From positions 3,386,993-3,450,992 of the forward strand of contig OY969934.1 of NCBI GenBank assembly GCA_963704725.1: DNA of 64,000 nucleotides, written 5' to 3'. The translations under genes and the position numbers were made by a program. Numbering within the stretch: position 1 is the first letter of the stretch; each line of letters opens with the position of its first letter. Below, in pieces: positions 1 through 8,806 of this stretch. The DNA is from an uncultured Actinomycetes bacterium (lineage in GTDB: Bacteria > Actinomycetota > UBA4738 > HRBIN12). The notes below the pieces were generated by a model. That model was given only the letters and a program-made list of their open reading frames with translations, searched no databases and had not been told where the DNA came from.

Positions 1-1655
1 TCGTCGAGCTCTCCCTCCATCTTCGCCGTGAAGTTCACGTCGACGACGTCGGCGAAGTGCTCGACGAGCTTGTCGATGACTACCTCGGCCACGTCCTCGG
101 GGAAGAACCGCTTGTCCTCCAGCCGGACGTAGCCGCGGTCCTGGATCGTGGAGATGATCGAGGCGTACGTCGAGGGGCGGCCGATCCCGAGCTCCTCGAG
201 CGTCTTCACCAGCGAGGCCTCCGAGTACCGGGGCGGCGGCTGGGTGAAGTGCTGTTCGGGCAGGACCTCGAGCATCCGCAGCACCTGCTCCGGCGTGAGG
301 TCGGGAAGGCGGTTCTCGGCGTCCTCGTCGGGCCCCTCGTCCCGGCCCTCGGTGTACACGCGGATGAAGCCGTCGAAGATCAACGTCTGCCCGGTCGCAC
401 GCAGCCCGTACGTGCCGCCGTCGGCCGTCGCCTCCACGTCCACCCCGACCTGGTTGAAGCGCGCCTCGGCCATCTGCGTGGCCACCGTCCGCCGCCAGAT
501 CATCGTGTACAGGCGGAGCTGGTCGCGATCGAGCGTGGCGGCCAGCCGCTCGGGGCTCCGCAGCACCGACGTCGGGCGGATCGCCTCGTGGGCCTCCTGC
601 GCGTTGCGCGAGCGCGTCCGATAGCGCCGCGGCTCGGCAAGCGCGTACGCCGGCCCGAACTCGCCCCGGACGACCTCGGCGATCTCACGGAGCGCGCTCT
701 CGGCCAGGCTCACCGAGTCCGTACGCATGTACGTGATGAGCCCGACCGTTCCCTCGCCGGGCAGGTTGATCCCCTCGTACAGGCGCTGGGCGATCGTCAT
801 CGTCTTGCGCGCCCCGAAGCCGAGCTTGCGCGCCGCCTCCTGCTGCAGGGTGGAGGTGGTGAACGGCGGCGAGGGCGAGCGCTTGCGCTCCTTGCGCTCG
901 ACCTTGGCCACCCGGTACGCGGAGGCGCGGAGGCGCTCGACGTGGGCGGCCGCGTCGGCCTCCGCCCGCAGGAGCAGTCCTTTCTTGTCCGGCGACGCCG
1001 CGAGCTTGCCGTCCGGCACCTGCGCGAGGTGCGCCACGAACGGCTGCGGGTCGCCCTCGGGCGTGAGACGGACGTCCACGCTCCAGTACTCGACCGGGGT
1101 GAACGCCCGGATCTCGCGCTCGCGCTCCACGATGAGCCGGACGGCCACCGACTGAACGCGGCCCGCGGACAGACCCGGCCGGACCCGGCGCCACAGGATC
1201 GGGCTGATCTTGTAGCCGACCAGGCGGTCCAGGACCCGGCGGGCCTCCTGGGCGTCGACGAGCTTGAGGTCGACCTCGCGCGGGTGGCGGAAGGCCTCGA
1301 GGATGGCGTCGCGCGTGATCTCGGTGAACGTGACCCGCTTGGCGCCGGCCGGGTCCACCCCGAGCAGGCTCGCCACGTGGAAGGCGATCGCCTCGCCCTC
1401 GCGGTCGTAGTCCGTCGCCAGGACGAGATCGCCCGTGTCCTTCAGCGCCTTCTTCAGGGCCGAGACGTGCTTCTTCGAGTCCTCGGGGACCTCGTAGGTG
1501 ACCTGGAAGTCGTCGTCGACGTCTACGCCGAGGTCGCTCTTGGGCAGGTCGCGGATGTGGCCGTAGGAGGCCCGGACCGCATAGTCCGTGCCGAGGTACC
1601 GCTCGATCGTCTTCGCCTTGGCGGGCGATTCGACAACCACCAGCGTTTTCGCCAT
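1..1655 (-). CDS. topA: DNA topoisomerase I, 5' part (runs off window start)
   Basis: Not in the ORF track (no stop in window). Reverse complement from ATG at 1655 reads MAKTLVVVESPAKAKTIERYLG..., with later ASYGHIRDL, ATDYDREGEAIA, SAGRVQS and GLITYMRTDS type IA topoisomerase motifs. Confidence 0.97.
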   Translation of the reverse strand, partial: MAKTLVVVESPAKAKTIERYLGTDYAVRASYGHIRDLPKSDLGVDVDDDFQVTYEVPEDSKKHVSALKKALKDTGDLVLATDYDREGEAIAFHVASLLGVDPAGAKRVTFTEITRDAILEAFRHPREVDLKLVDAQEARRVLDRLVGYKISPILWRRVRPGLSAGRVQSVAVRLIVEREREIRAFTPVEYWSVDVRLTPEGDPQPFVAHLAQVPDGKLAASPDKKGLLLRAEADAAAHVERLRASAYRVAKVERKERKRSPSPPFTTSTLQQEAARKLGFGARKTMTIAQRLYEGINLPGEGTVGLITYMRTDSVSLAESALREIAEVVRGEFGPAYALAEPRRYRTRSRNAQEAHEAIRPTSVLRSPERLAATLDRDQLRLYTMIWRRTVATQMAEARFNQVGVDVEATADGGTYGLRATGQTLIFDGFIRVYTEGRDEGPDEDAENRLPDLTPEQVLRMLEVLPEQHFTQPPPRYSEASLVKTLEELGIGRPSTYASIISTIQDRGYVRLEDKRFFPEDVAEVVIDKLVEHFADVVDVNFTAKMEGELD

Positions 1656-1852
1656 ACGTTCATCACGTCCGTCGTGTGGGAGTTCGAGGTCCGGCGCCCG
1701 AGGGGGACCTCGCGGCGCAGGGTACCAGCCCCCACGGTCAACCCCGGGATTATCGGCCCGAGGGCCCCGGGAGGTGTACGGGGCGTCAACCCGACCGGCT
1801 CGTGGAACACGGTGGTAGGGTCCGTTCATTCCCGCTCGGCCGGGGGTTCACG

Positions 1853-2572
1853 CTGCTCGCGATCCTCAACTCGTTCGTCACGCAGGAGATCGCCAGGTAC
1901 GGCTACCTCGCGATCTTCCTGCTCATGGTGCTGGAATCGGCCTGCGTCCCGATCCCCTCGGAGGTCACCATGCTCTTCGGGGGCGCCCTGGTGTCGGCCT
2001 CGTTCCTGGCCCCGGAGCGCCAGCTCGAGTTCTGGCTGGTCGTGGCGGTCGGCACGGCGGGCAACCTGGTGGGGTCCTGGCTCGCCTACTGGGCCGGGTA
2101 CGCCGGGGGACGGCCCCTCATCGACCGGTGGGGCCGGTACCTGCTGATCCGGCCGCACGAGGTGGACCGGGCCCATGACTGGTTCGAGCGCCACGGCGAG
2201 CTCGCGGTGCTGGGGGGGCGGGTCCTGCCGGTCGTACGGACCTTCATCAGCCTGCCGGCCGGCGTCGTGCGGATGCGCGCCGGCAGGTTCACCGTCTACA
2301 CGCTGCTCGGGACGGTGCCGTGGTGCCTGCTCCTCACGTGGCTCGGCTACCTCCTGGGGGAGCGGTGGGAGACGGTGGACCGCATCATCCGACCCTTCTC
2401 CTGGGCCATCGCCGTGGCGATCGTGGCCGGCGGGGCCTGGTTCGTGCGGCAACGCCTCCGGGCCATCCGCCGGGACGAGCAGGAGCGGCGGGCCCGGGCG
2501 CAGGAGGCCGAAGCCGTCGCGGCGCAGGCGCGCGAGGACGCCGGCGACATCGTGGAGCGGCAGGCCCCCTAG
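1853..2572 (+). CDS. DedA family membrane protein
   Basis: LESACVPIPSE, YWAGYAGG and GRVLPVVRTFISLPAG are DedA motifs. Start uncertain: CTG 1853 follows GGGGG and -10 TAGGGT (1816-1821); ORF-track start 1676 looks too long. Confidence 0.9.
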   Translation: MLAILNSFVTQEIARYGYLAIFLLMVLESACVPIPSEVTMLFGGALVSASFLAPERQLEFWLVVAVGTAGNLVGSWLAYWAGYAGGRPLIDRWGRYLLIRPHEVDRAHDWFERHGELAVLGGRVLPVVRTFISLPAGVVRMRAGRFTVYTLLGTVPWCLLLTWLGYLLGERWETVDRIIRPFSWAIAVAIVAGGAWFVRQRLRAIRRDEQERRARAQEAEAVAAQAREDAGDIVERQAP

Positions 2573-3057
2573 CCGAGATCGGCGCGCATCACCCAGGTCG
2601 AGCCGTCGGCGTCCTCGCGCACCTTCTGGAAGCCCGTCCGCTCGTACATCATCCGCGAGCGGTTGTGCACGGCCACCGAGAGCGAGAGCGACTGGAACCC
2701 GTCCTCGCGCGCCTGGACCATGAGGGCCCGCAGCAGGGTCTCGCCGATGCCCCTGCGCCGGTGCAGCGGCACGACCGCGATGCCCAGCTCGGGCGTCTTC
2801 TCGTCCACGAACCCGAACCCCGGCTCGTCCTGCGTGAACAGGCGGTACCAGGCGGCCCCGACCGGTTCGCCGTCGAGCTCGGCGATCACGCCCGCGTCGC
2901 CGGGGCGCCCCCAGGCCCGGTGGTACCGCTCCAGGACGGGGTCCGCGAGGGCGGCGATGGTCTGCTCCCGCGGCCAGTCCGGGTTCCACGCGGCCGCCTC
3001 GTACAGCATGGTCTTCAGGAACCCCACGTCCTGCGAGCCGGCCGGCCGGATGTTCAC
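2569..3057 (-). CDS. GNAT family N-acetyltransferase
   Basis: Motif A (IAVVPLHRRRGIG) and motif B (LSLSVAVHN..RMMYERTGF). Confidence 0.9.
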   Translation of the reverse strand: MNIRPAGSQDVGFLKTMLYEAAAWNPDWPREQTIAALADPVLERYHRAWGRPGDAGVIAELDGEPVGAAWYRLFTQDEPGFGFVDEKTPELGIAVVPLHRRRGIGETLLRALMVQAREDGFQSLSLSVAVHNRSRMMYERTGFQKVREDADGSTWVMRADLG

Positions 3058-3113
3058 CGCGATCGCCCTCCCCGGGGGTGGGAGGACACCCTACCCCGAG
3101 CGCGACCCCCGCT

Positions 3114-4493
3114 TCACCCGAGCGGCTCGAACCGCGCCGTGAAGTGGCGGAGCTGCGGCGGCTCGTGGACGATCCGGTAGCCGGGCAGCTCGCCGGCGCG
3201 CCGGGCGACCGAGGCGGCCACCTCCAGGACGTAGTCGACGTGGCTCTGCGTGTACGTGCGGCGCGGGATCGCCAGGCGGACGAGGTCCATCGCCGCCGGG
3301 GCCTCGGTCCCGTCCGGGCGCCGCCCGAACATCACGGTGCCGATCTCCACGCTGCGGATCCCGCCGGCCTCGTACAGCGCGACGGCGAGCGACTGGCCCG
3401 GGTACGAGAGCGGGGGCACGTGCGGCAGCAGCGCGCGGGCGTCCACGTACACGGCGTGCCCTCCGGCGGGCTTGACGATGGGGATGCCGGCGCGCTCGAG
3501 ACCGTCGGCCAGGTACTCGGTCGAGCGGATCCGGTACCGCAGGTAGTGCTCGTCGACGCACTCGCGAAGTCCCTGCGCGATCGCCTCGAGGTCCCGGCCG
3601 GCCAGGCCGCCGTACGTCGGGAACCCCTCGGTGAGGATCAGCAGGTTCCGGCAGCGCTCTGCGAGGTCGGCGTCGCGCATCGCCAGCCACCCGCCGATGT
3701 TGGCCATGGGGTCCTTCTTCGCGCTCATCGTCATCCCGTCGGCGAGCGAGGCGAATTCGCGGACGATGTCGGGCACCGAGCGCTCCGCCTGGCCCTCCTC
3801 GCGCAGCTTCACGAACCAGGCGTTCTCGGCGAACCGGCAGGCGTCGAGGAACAGCGGAACCCCGAACCGGTCGCAGAGCTCCCGTACCCCCCGGAGGTTG
3901 GCCAGCGAGACCGGCTGCCCGCCGCCGGAGTTGTTCGTGATCGTGACGAAGACCACGGGCACGTCGCCGGCGCGGCGCGACAGCAGGTCCTCGAGCGCCT
4001 CGAGATCCATGTTGCCCTTGAAGGGATGCACGGTGGCCGGCTCCCGCCCCTCGGGGATCACCAGGTCCACGGCCTCCGCGCCGGTGAACTCGACGTTGGC
4101 CCGCGTGGTATCGAAATGCGTGTTGTTCGGAACGACCTTGCCGGTGCCTCCGAGCGCGGCGAACAGGATCTTCTCGGCGGCCCTCCCCTGGTGCGTCGGG
4201 ATGACGTGAGGGAAGGGGAACAGCTCCTGCACGGCCTCCAGGAACACGTACCACGAGGGCGATCCCGCGTAGCTCTCGTCGCCGTGCTGGATCGCCGCCC
4301 ACTGATCCCGCGACATCGCCCCGGTGCCGGAGTCGGTCAGGAGATCGATCAGGACGTGGTCCGCGTGCAGGTTGAACAGGTTGTAGCCGGCCTGTCGGAT
4401 CCTCGCGGCGCGCTCCTCCTCCGTGAGGAACCGCAGCGGCTCGACCGAGTGGATCCGGAACGGCTCGATGATCGTGCGGAAGCCGTACGGCAC
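3114..4493 (-). CDS. tnaA: Tryptophanase (beta-eliminating PLP lyase; tyrosine phenol-lyase not excluded)
   Basis: EPFRIHSVE, DLLTDSGT, GDESYAGS, HQGRAAE, PLP-lysine motif MSAKKD, EGFPTYGGL, RLAIPRRTYT. Leaderless -10 TAGCAT 6 nt before GTG. Confidence 0.88.
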   Translation of the reverse strand: MPYGFRTIIEPFRIHSVEPLRFLTEEERAARIRQAGYNLFNLHADHVLIDLLTDSGTGAMSRDQWAAIQHGDESYAGSPSWYVFLEAVQELFPFPHVIPTHQGRAAEKILFAALGGTGKVVPNNTHFDTTRANVEFTGAEAVDLVIPEGREPATVHPFKGNMDLEALEDLLSRRAGDVPVVFVTITNNSGGGQPVSLANLRGVRELCDRFGVPLFLDACRFAENAWFVKLREEGQAERSVPDIVREFASLADGMTMSAKKDPMANIGGWLAMRDADLAERCRNLLILTEGFPTYGGLAGRDLEAIAQGLRECVDEHYLRYRIRSTEYLADGLERAGIPIVKPAGGHAVYVDARALLPHVPPLSYPGQSLAVALYEAGGIRSVEIGTVMFGRRPDGTEAPAAMDLVRLAIPRRTYTQSHVDYVLEVAASVARRAGELPGYRIVHEPPQLRHFTARFEPLG

Positions 4494-4546
4494 AGCCCGA
4501 TGCTAGCCCACCCGTCGTTCCCCGCCCGGGGGCGTACATTCGGAGC

Positions 4547-5197
4547 ATGGGACTGTTCCCCGAGGCCGAGCACTCGACCGAGCCCATCCTGGGCTGGAGG
4601 GCGTGGCGTTTGCAGGAGCTCGAGGGCGGCCTTCGGATCGTCCCGACGACGCCGCGCTCGGCGTGGGAGCCGCGCGTCGCGATCCACGCCACGTGCAGCG
4701 GGAGCCACACCCGCGAGTACATGATCTTCAACCCGGACCTCGCCAAGTTCCACCGCAGCCCGGAGCCCGGGTGCACCTGCGGGATCCACGCGCTCAAGGA
4801 CCCGTCGCGGCTGGCCAGGTCCGGACGCACGGCCGCGGTGGTCGGCCGCGTGGCGATGTGGGGCCGGGTGGTGGAGCACACGAAGGGGTATCGGGCGGAG
4901 TTCGCCTACCCCTCGCGCCTCCGGCTCGTGTGCTCGTGGTGCCTGTGGTACGGGCGCCTGCCGGCGATCGCGGACCGCGTGTTCGAGCACGGCGGGACCC
5001 TCCGGCCGTCGTGCGCCGCGCACGCGGACCGGCCGGCCGCGGTGGGCACCGTCCTCGACGTCGAGGAGGTGCAGCAGCGGATGCTCGACACGTACGGGGT
5101 GGAATCGCTGCCCGCCGAGAGCTTCCGGCCGCTCGACGAGGACCGGCCGGCCGACATGGTCACCCGGATCCTCCAGGCGTTCGAACGCCGGCGGTAG
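4547..5197 (+). CDS. Hypothetical Cys/His-rich protein
   Basis: Normal protein composition with CTCGIH, CxxC and CxxH motifs; leaderless -10 TACATT 6 nt before ATG. Confidence 0.8.
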   Translation: MGLFPEAEHSTEPILGWRAWRLQELEGGLRIVPTTPRSAWEPRVAIHATCSGSHTREYMIFNPDLAKFHRSPEPGCTCGIHALKDPSRLARSGRTAAVVGRVAMWGRVVEHTKGYRAEFAYPSRLRLVCSWCLWYGRLPAIADRVFEHGGTLRPSCAAHADRPAAVGTVLDVEEVQQRMLDTYGVESLPAESFRPLDEDRPADMVTRILQAFERRR

Positions 5198-5204
5198 ATC
5201 CGGC

Positions 5205-5753
5205 CTAGAGCTCGATCTCTCCCGCCACCTGCTGCAGCCCCTCGATCGAGACCGCCAGGAACTCGTCGAGCGGCAGCCCGATCCCCTCCTCGACGCCCGT
5301 GACCTCGTCGCGGTTCACCCCGGGCGCGAACGCCTTCTCCTTGAGCTTCTTCTTCACGCTCGAGACCTTCATGCCCACCGACCGCTCGGGCCGGACGAGG
5401 GCGGCGGCGACCAGGAGTCCCGCCACGGCGTCCGCGTGCACGACCGCTCGGGACATCAGGTCGGTCCGGTATTCGGGCCATGCGTGGGCGAGCACGCCGT
5501 TGATCACGCGCTCGTCGACCTCGGCCTCCCGCAGCCAGCCCTCCGCCAGCCGCGCGTGGTTTGACGCGTCGTCGCCCGTGTGGTCCTGGTCAAGATCGTG
5601 GAACAGGCCGGTGAGACCCCATAGGTCCTCGTCTTCCCCGAACCGCCGAGCCAGCCCGCGCATCACGCCCTCCACCGAGATGAGGTGGCGCACGGTCGTC
5701 TCCTTCAGGCAGCGCTCGCGCGCCAGCGCGTGCGCGGTCTCCCGATCCATCAT
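5205..5753 (-). CDS. HD (HDIG-type) phosphohydrolase
   Basis: RH...GLFHDLD...NH...AH...HAD metal ligands and KKKLKEKAFA..VNR tail. ATG 5753 overlaps the stop of the upstream transporter (ATGA). Confidence 0.88.
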   Translation of the reverse strand: MMDRETAHALARERCLKETTVRHLISVEGVMRGLARRFGEDEDLWGLTGLFHDLDQDHTGDDASNHARLAEGWLREAEVDERVINGVLAHAWPEYRTDLMSRAVVHADAVAGLLVAAALVRPERSVGMKVSSVKKKLKEKAFAPGVNRDEVTGVEEGIGLPLDEFLAVSIEGLQQVAGEIEL

Positions 5754-8092
5754 CTCGGTGCCGCCTCCTCCTTCGCTGCGCTCCCGAGCGCGAACGGCAC
5801 GCTCGACAGGATCACGTTGGGCTCGAACAGGAACAGCCGCTTCACGAACAGCGCGTTCTGGTTGTGGAGCAGGAGATGTCGCCACTTCGACACGACGAAC
5901 TCGGGCACGACGACCATCGCCAGCGTCCCCGGCCGCGTCGAGAACCGCCGGACCTCATCCAGCATCGGACCGGTCAGATCGCGGAACGGCGCCTCGACGA
6001 TGTCGAGAGGGACCGGGATCCCGGCCTCCGCCCACTGCTGCTGCATGGAGTGGGCGGTCTCCGGGTCGAGATCGAAGTAGATCGCCCGGGTCTCCGACGC
6101 CTCGAGGGTCAGCGCGAAGTTCACCGCGCGGAGGGTCGCATCATGGACCGCCGACACGAACACCAGCGCCAGCGTGCGGGTGGGGATCAACGGCCGGGCG
6201 TCGACCCCGACCGGGCGGCCGTCCTCGACGACGACGGGAACGTCGGTGACGACGATGTTGCGCTCGCGGAGGAGGCCGGCCTTCAGCCGGATCAGTGCCG
6301 TGTGCCGGAACAGGTACGCGAGCAGGGACCCCTTCACAACCTCGGGGATCAGGACGTTCACGAAGTCCTCGGGCGCGCGGTCGATGGCCCGCACGTACCG
6401 TCGGAGTGCGTCGAGCAGATTGGCGCCGTCCATCGGGAGCGGCTCGAGCGGAGGCGCCTCCATCGAGAAGGCCCGCCATCGCTCCTGCAACTCGATCGGG
6501 ATGGGCCCGTCGCAGGGATGGACGATGTGAAGATCGGAGGGGCGGACGGAGCGGACGACTCCGATCGCCTCCACCGCGGCGGCGTCGAGCTCCCGGATCA
6601 CGAGGATCATGTGATTCACGCCGGCCGGGCCCGGTCGGACCGTCCCCCGCCTGAGCTGCCGCATCACGACGGAGTAGTGGCGGTGGATCGACATGAACGT
6701 CGGCACCAGCAAGGCCATCGCCGTGATCGAGAGCCACGCCCCGTGCTTGAACTTCGTGTAGGTAATCACGATGAGGACGAGGCCTGTCGTGATCGCGCCG
6801 ACGCCGTTGATCACGATCGAGCGCTGCCAGCCGCGCGGAGCCTCATCCCCCTTCCGTCGCTCCTCGAGCCAGCGTCGGACCATCCCGGTCTGCGAGAGCG
6901 TGAACGCCGTGAACACGCCCACGACATACAGCTGGATCAGCTGGGTGAGGTTGGCCTTGAACACGACGATGATGAGGCTCGCAACGAACGCCAGACCCAC
7001 CACGCCGTTGGAGAAGACCAGCCGGTCTCCGCGGTTCATGAACTGACGTGGCATGAAGTGATCGCGGGCAAGGATCGCCGACAGCCGTGGGAAGTCCTGG
7101 TAGGCCGTGTTCGCGGCCAGGATGAGGATCGCAGCCGTGAAGAAGGACAGGATGTAGAAACCGATCCCGCCGCCGAAGATCGCGTGGCCGATCTGCGCGA
7201 TCACGGTTCGCTCGTCGCTCACGGTCACGTTCGCGATGTGGGTCGCGAGATAGGAGATCCCGAGGAACATCGTGATGGCGATCGTCCCCATGATCGCGAG
7301 CGTCTCGGCCGCGTTCTTGGACTGCGGGCGGCGGAACGCCGGCACGCCGTCGGCGATGGCTTCGACGCCGGTGAGGGCCGTCGAACCCGACGAGAACGCA
7401 TGCAGGATCACGAACAGGGAGATTGGGCCCGCGACCTGCGCGACATCGTGACCCGCCGTGATGGTCTCCGCCGCCGGACAGCCGCCCAGGCACCGGACGA
7501 CCCCGAGCGCGATCATGAGCAGGACCGTCGCGATGAAGCCGTACGTGGGGATCGCGAACAGCGTGCCCGCCTCTCGAACGCCGCGGAGGTTGGCCAGCGT
7601 GATGAACACGACGAACCCGACGGACATCGCCACCCGCGAACCGATCAGGCTGGGGGCCGCCGAGGTGATCGCGTAGACGCCCGCCACGACCGAAACGACG
7701 ACGGTCATCACATAGTCCACCAGCAGAGCCGAGGCTGCCACGAGTCCCGCGAACTGGCCGAGATGCTCCTTGCTCACGATGTATGAGCCGCCCCCGGTGG
7801 GATAGGCCCGCACCGTCTGGCGATACGACATGACCACGATCGCAAGCAGGGTCGCGATGGCGATGGCGATCGGGAACACGAACCGCCTTCCGTCGGCACT
7901 CGCCGCCAGCAGGACGATCATGATCTCCTCGGTGGCGTAGGCGACCGAGGACATCGGGTCGGAGCTGAAGACCGGCAACGCGAGGATCTTCGGCAGGAGC
8001 GTGTGCTCGAGACGGTTGCTCGCCTTCGCCCGGCCGACCAGCACGCGTTTGAGGACCGATCCACCGGACCCGGGAGGCGCCTTCAGCGACAT
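5750..8092 (-). CDS. KimA/YdaO-like APC-superfamily K+ transporter, copy 1
   Basis: FSSDPMSSVAYATEE, AYPTGGGSY, LLVDY, TGVEAIADG, AANTAYQDFPRL, GDRLVFSNG, LYVVGVFTAFTLSQ; about 12 TM helices and a long soluble C-terminus. Confidence 0.92.
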   Translation of the reverse strand: MSLKAPPGSGGSVLKRVLVGRAKASNRLEHTLLPKILALPVFSSDPMSSVAYATEEIMIVLLAASADGRRFVFPIAIAIATLLAIVVMSYRQTVRAYPTGGGSYIVSKEHLGQFAGLVAASALLVDYVMTVVVSVVAGVYAITSAAPSLIGSRVAMSVGFVVFITLANLRGVREAGTLFAIPTYGFIATVLLMIALGVVRCLGGCPAAETITAGHDVAQVAGPISLFVILHAFSSGSTALTGVEAIADGVPAFRRPQSKNAAETLAIMGTIAITMFLGISYLATHIANVTVSDERTVIAQIGHAIFGGGIGFYILSFFTAAILILAANTAYQDFPRLSAILARDHFMPRQFMNRGDRLVFSNGVVGLAFVASLIIVVFKANLTQLIQLYVVGVFTAFTLSQTGMVRRWLEERRKGDEAPRGWQRSIVINGVGAITTGLVLIVITYTKFKHGAWLSITAMALLVPTFMSIHRHYSVVMRQLRRGTVRPGPAGVNHMILVIRELDAAAVEAIGVVRSVRPSDLHIVHPCDGPIPIELQERWRAFSMEAPPLEPLPMDGANLLDALRRYVRAIDRAPEDFVNVLIPEVVKGSLLAYLFRHTALIRLKAGLLRERNIVVTDVPVVVEDGRPVGVDARPLIPTRTLALVFVSAVHDATLRAVNFALTLEASETRAIYFDLDPETAHSMQQQWAEAGIPVPLDIVEAPFRDLTGPMLDEVRRFSTRPGTLAMVVVPEFVVSKWRHLLLHNQNALFVKRLFLFEPNVILSSVPFALGSAAKEEAAPR

Positions 8093-8104
8093 CGGAGGCA
8101 GATG

Positions 8105-8806
8105 CTACGACGCCTGAGCATCGGTCCGGGTTGCGATCCAGCGGTACCCCACGCCCGGCTCGGTGAGGATCAGGCGCGGCGCCGTGGCATCGTCCCCGAG
8201 CTTCCTGCGCAAGGAGCGAACGTAGACCCGGAGGTAGTGGGCCTCCTCCGTGTAGCCGGGTCCCCAGACGCGGCGAAGCAGCCACCGATGCGTGAGGAGC
8301 TTGCCGGGATTGGTGACCAGAGCCTCGAGGAGGGCGTACTCGGTCTTGGTCAGGTGCAGGGCCTGCTCGCGGAGGGACACGAGCCGTCGTCCCAGGTCGA
8401 CGACGACGTCGCCGAACGCGAGAACGGGGGGTGTCGGATCGCCCGCATGACTCCGCCGCAGCGCGGCCCGGAGCCGAGCGAGCACCTCCTCGACCCCGAA
8501 GGGCTTGGTCACGTAGTCGTCCGCTCCGGCGTCGAGCGCCGCGACCTTGTCGGCCTGTCGGTCCCGGACGGACAGGACGATGATCGGGACCTCTGAGAAC
8601 GAGCGGACCCGGCGGATGACGTCGTTGCCATCGAGGTCGGGGAGCCCCAGGTCGAGGAGGATCAGGTCGGGAGCCTGCTCGGCCGCGGCGACGACGGCCT
8701 CCCCCCCGGTCCCCACCGTCGCCACGTCGTAGCCGTGCGCGGAAAGGCTCGTTCGCATCGCGCGGCGGATCTGCGGCTCGTCGTCGACGACCAGGACCTT
8801 CGTCAC
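8105..8806 (-). CDS. kdpE: KdpE-like response regulator, copy 1
   Basis: VVDDE, LLDLGLPDLDG, DAGADDYVTKPF, NPGKLLTHRWLL..VWG, YLRVYVRSLRRKL, ILTEPGVGY. Confidence 0.9.
   Translation of the reverse strand: MTKVLVVDDEPQIRRAMRTSLSAHGYDVATVGTGGEAVVAAAEQAPDLILLDLGLPDLDGNDVIRRVRSFSEVPIIVLSVRDRQADKVAALDAGADDYVTKPFGVEEVLARLRAALRRSHAGDPTPPVLAFGDVVVDLGRRLVSLREQALHLTKTEYALLEALVTNPGKLLTHRWLLRRVWGPGYTEEAHYLRVYVRSLRRKLGDDATAPRLILTEPGVGYRWIATRTDAQAS

Noticed and set aside
57-2147. 696-aa + strand ORF and many similar long Arg/Gly/Pro-rich ORFs (e.g. 3078..4724, 18070..20475, 32891..35137, 52021..54699, 60827..63268)
   Set aside because: Antisense or off-frame shadows of real genes in high-GC DNA; no motifs.
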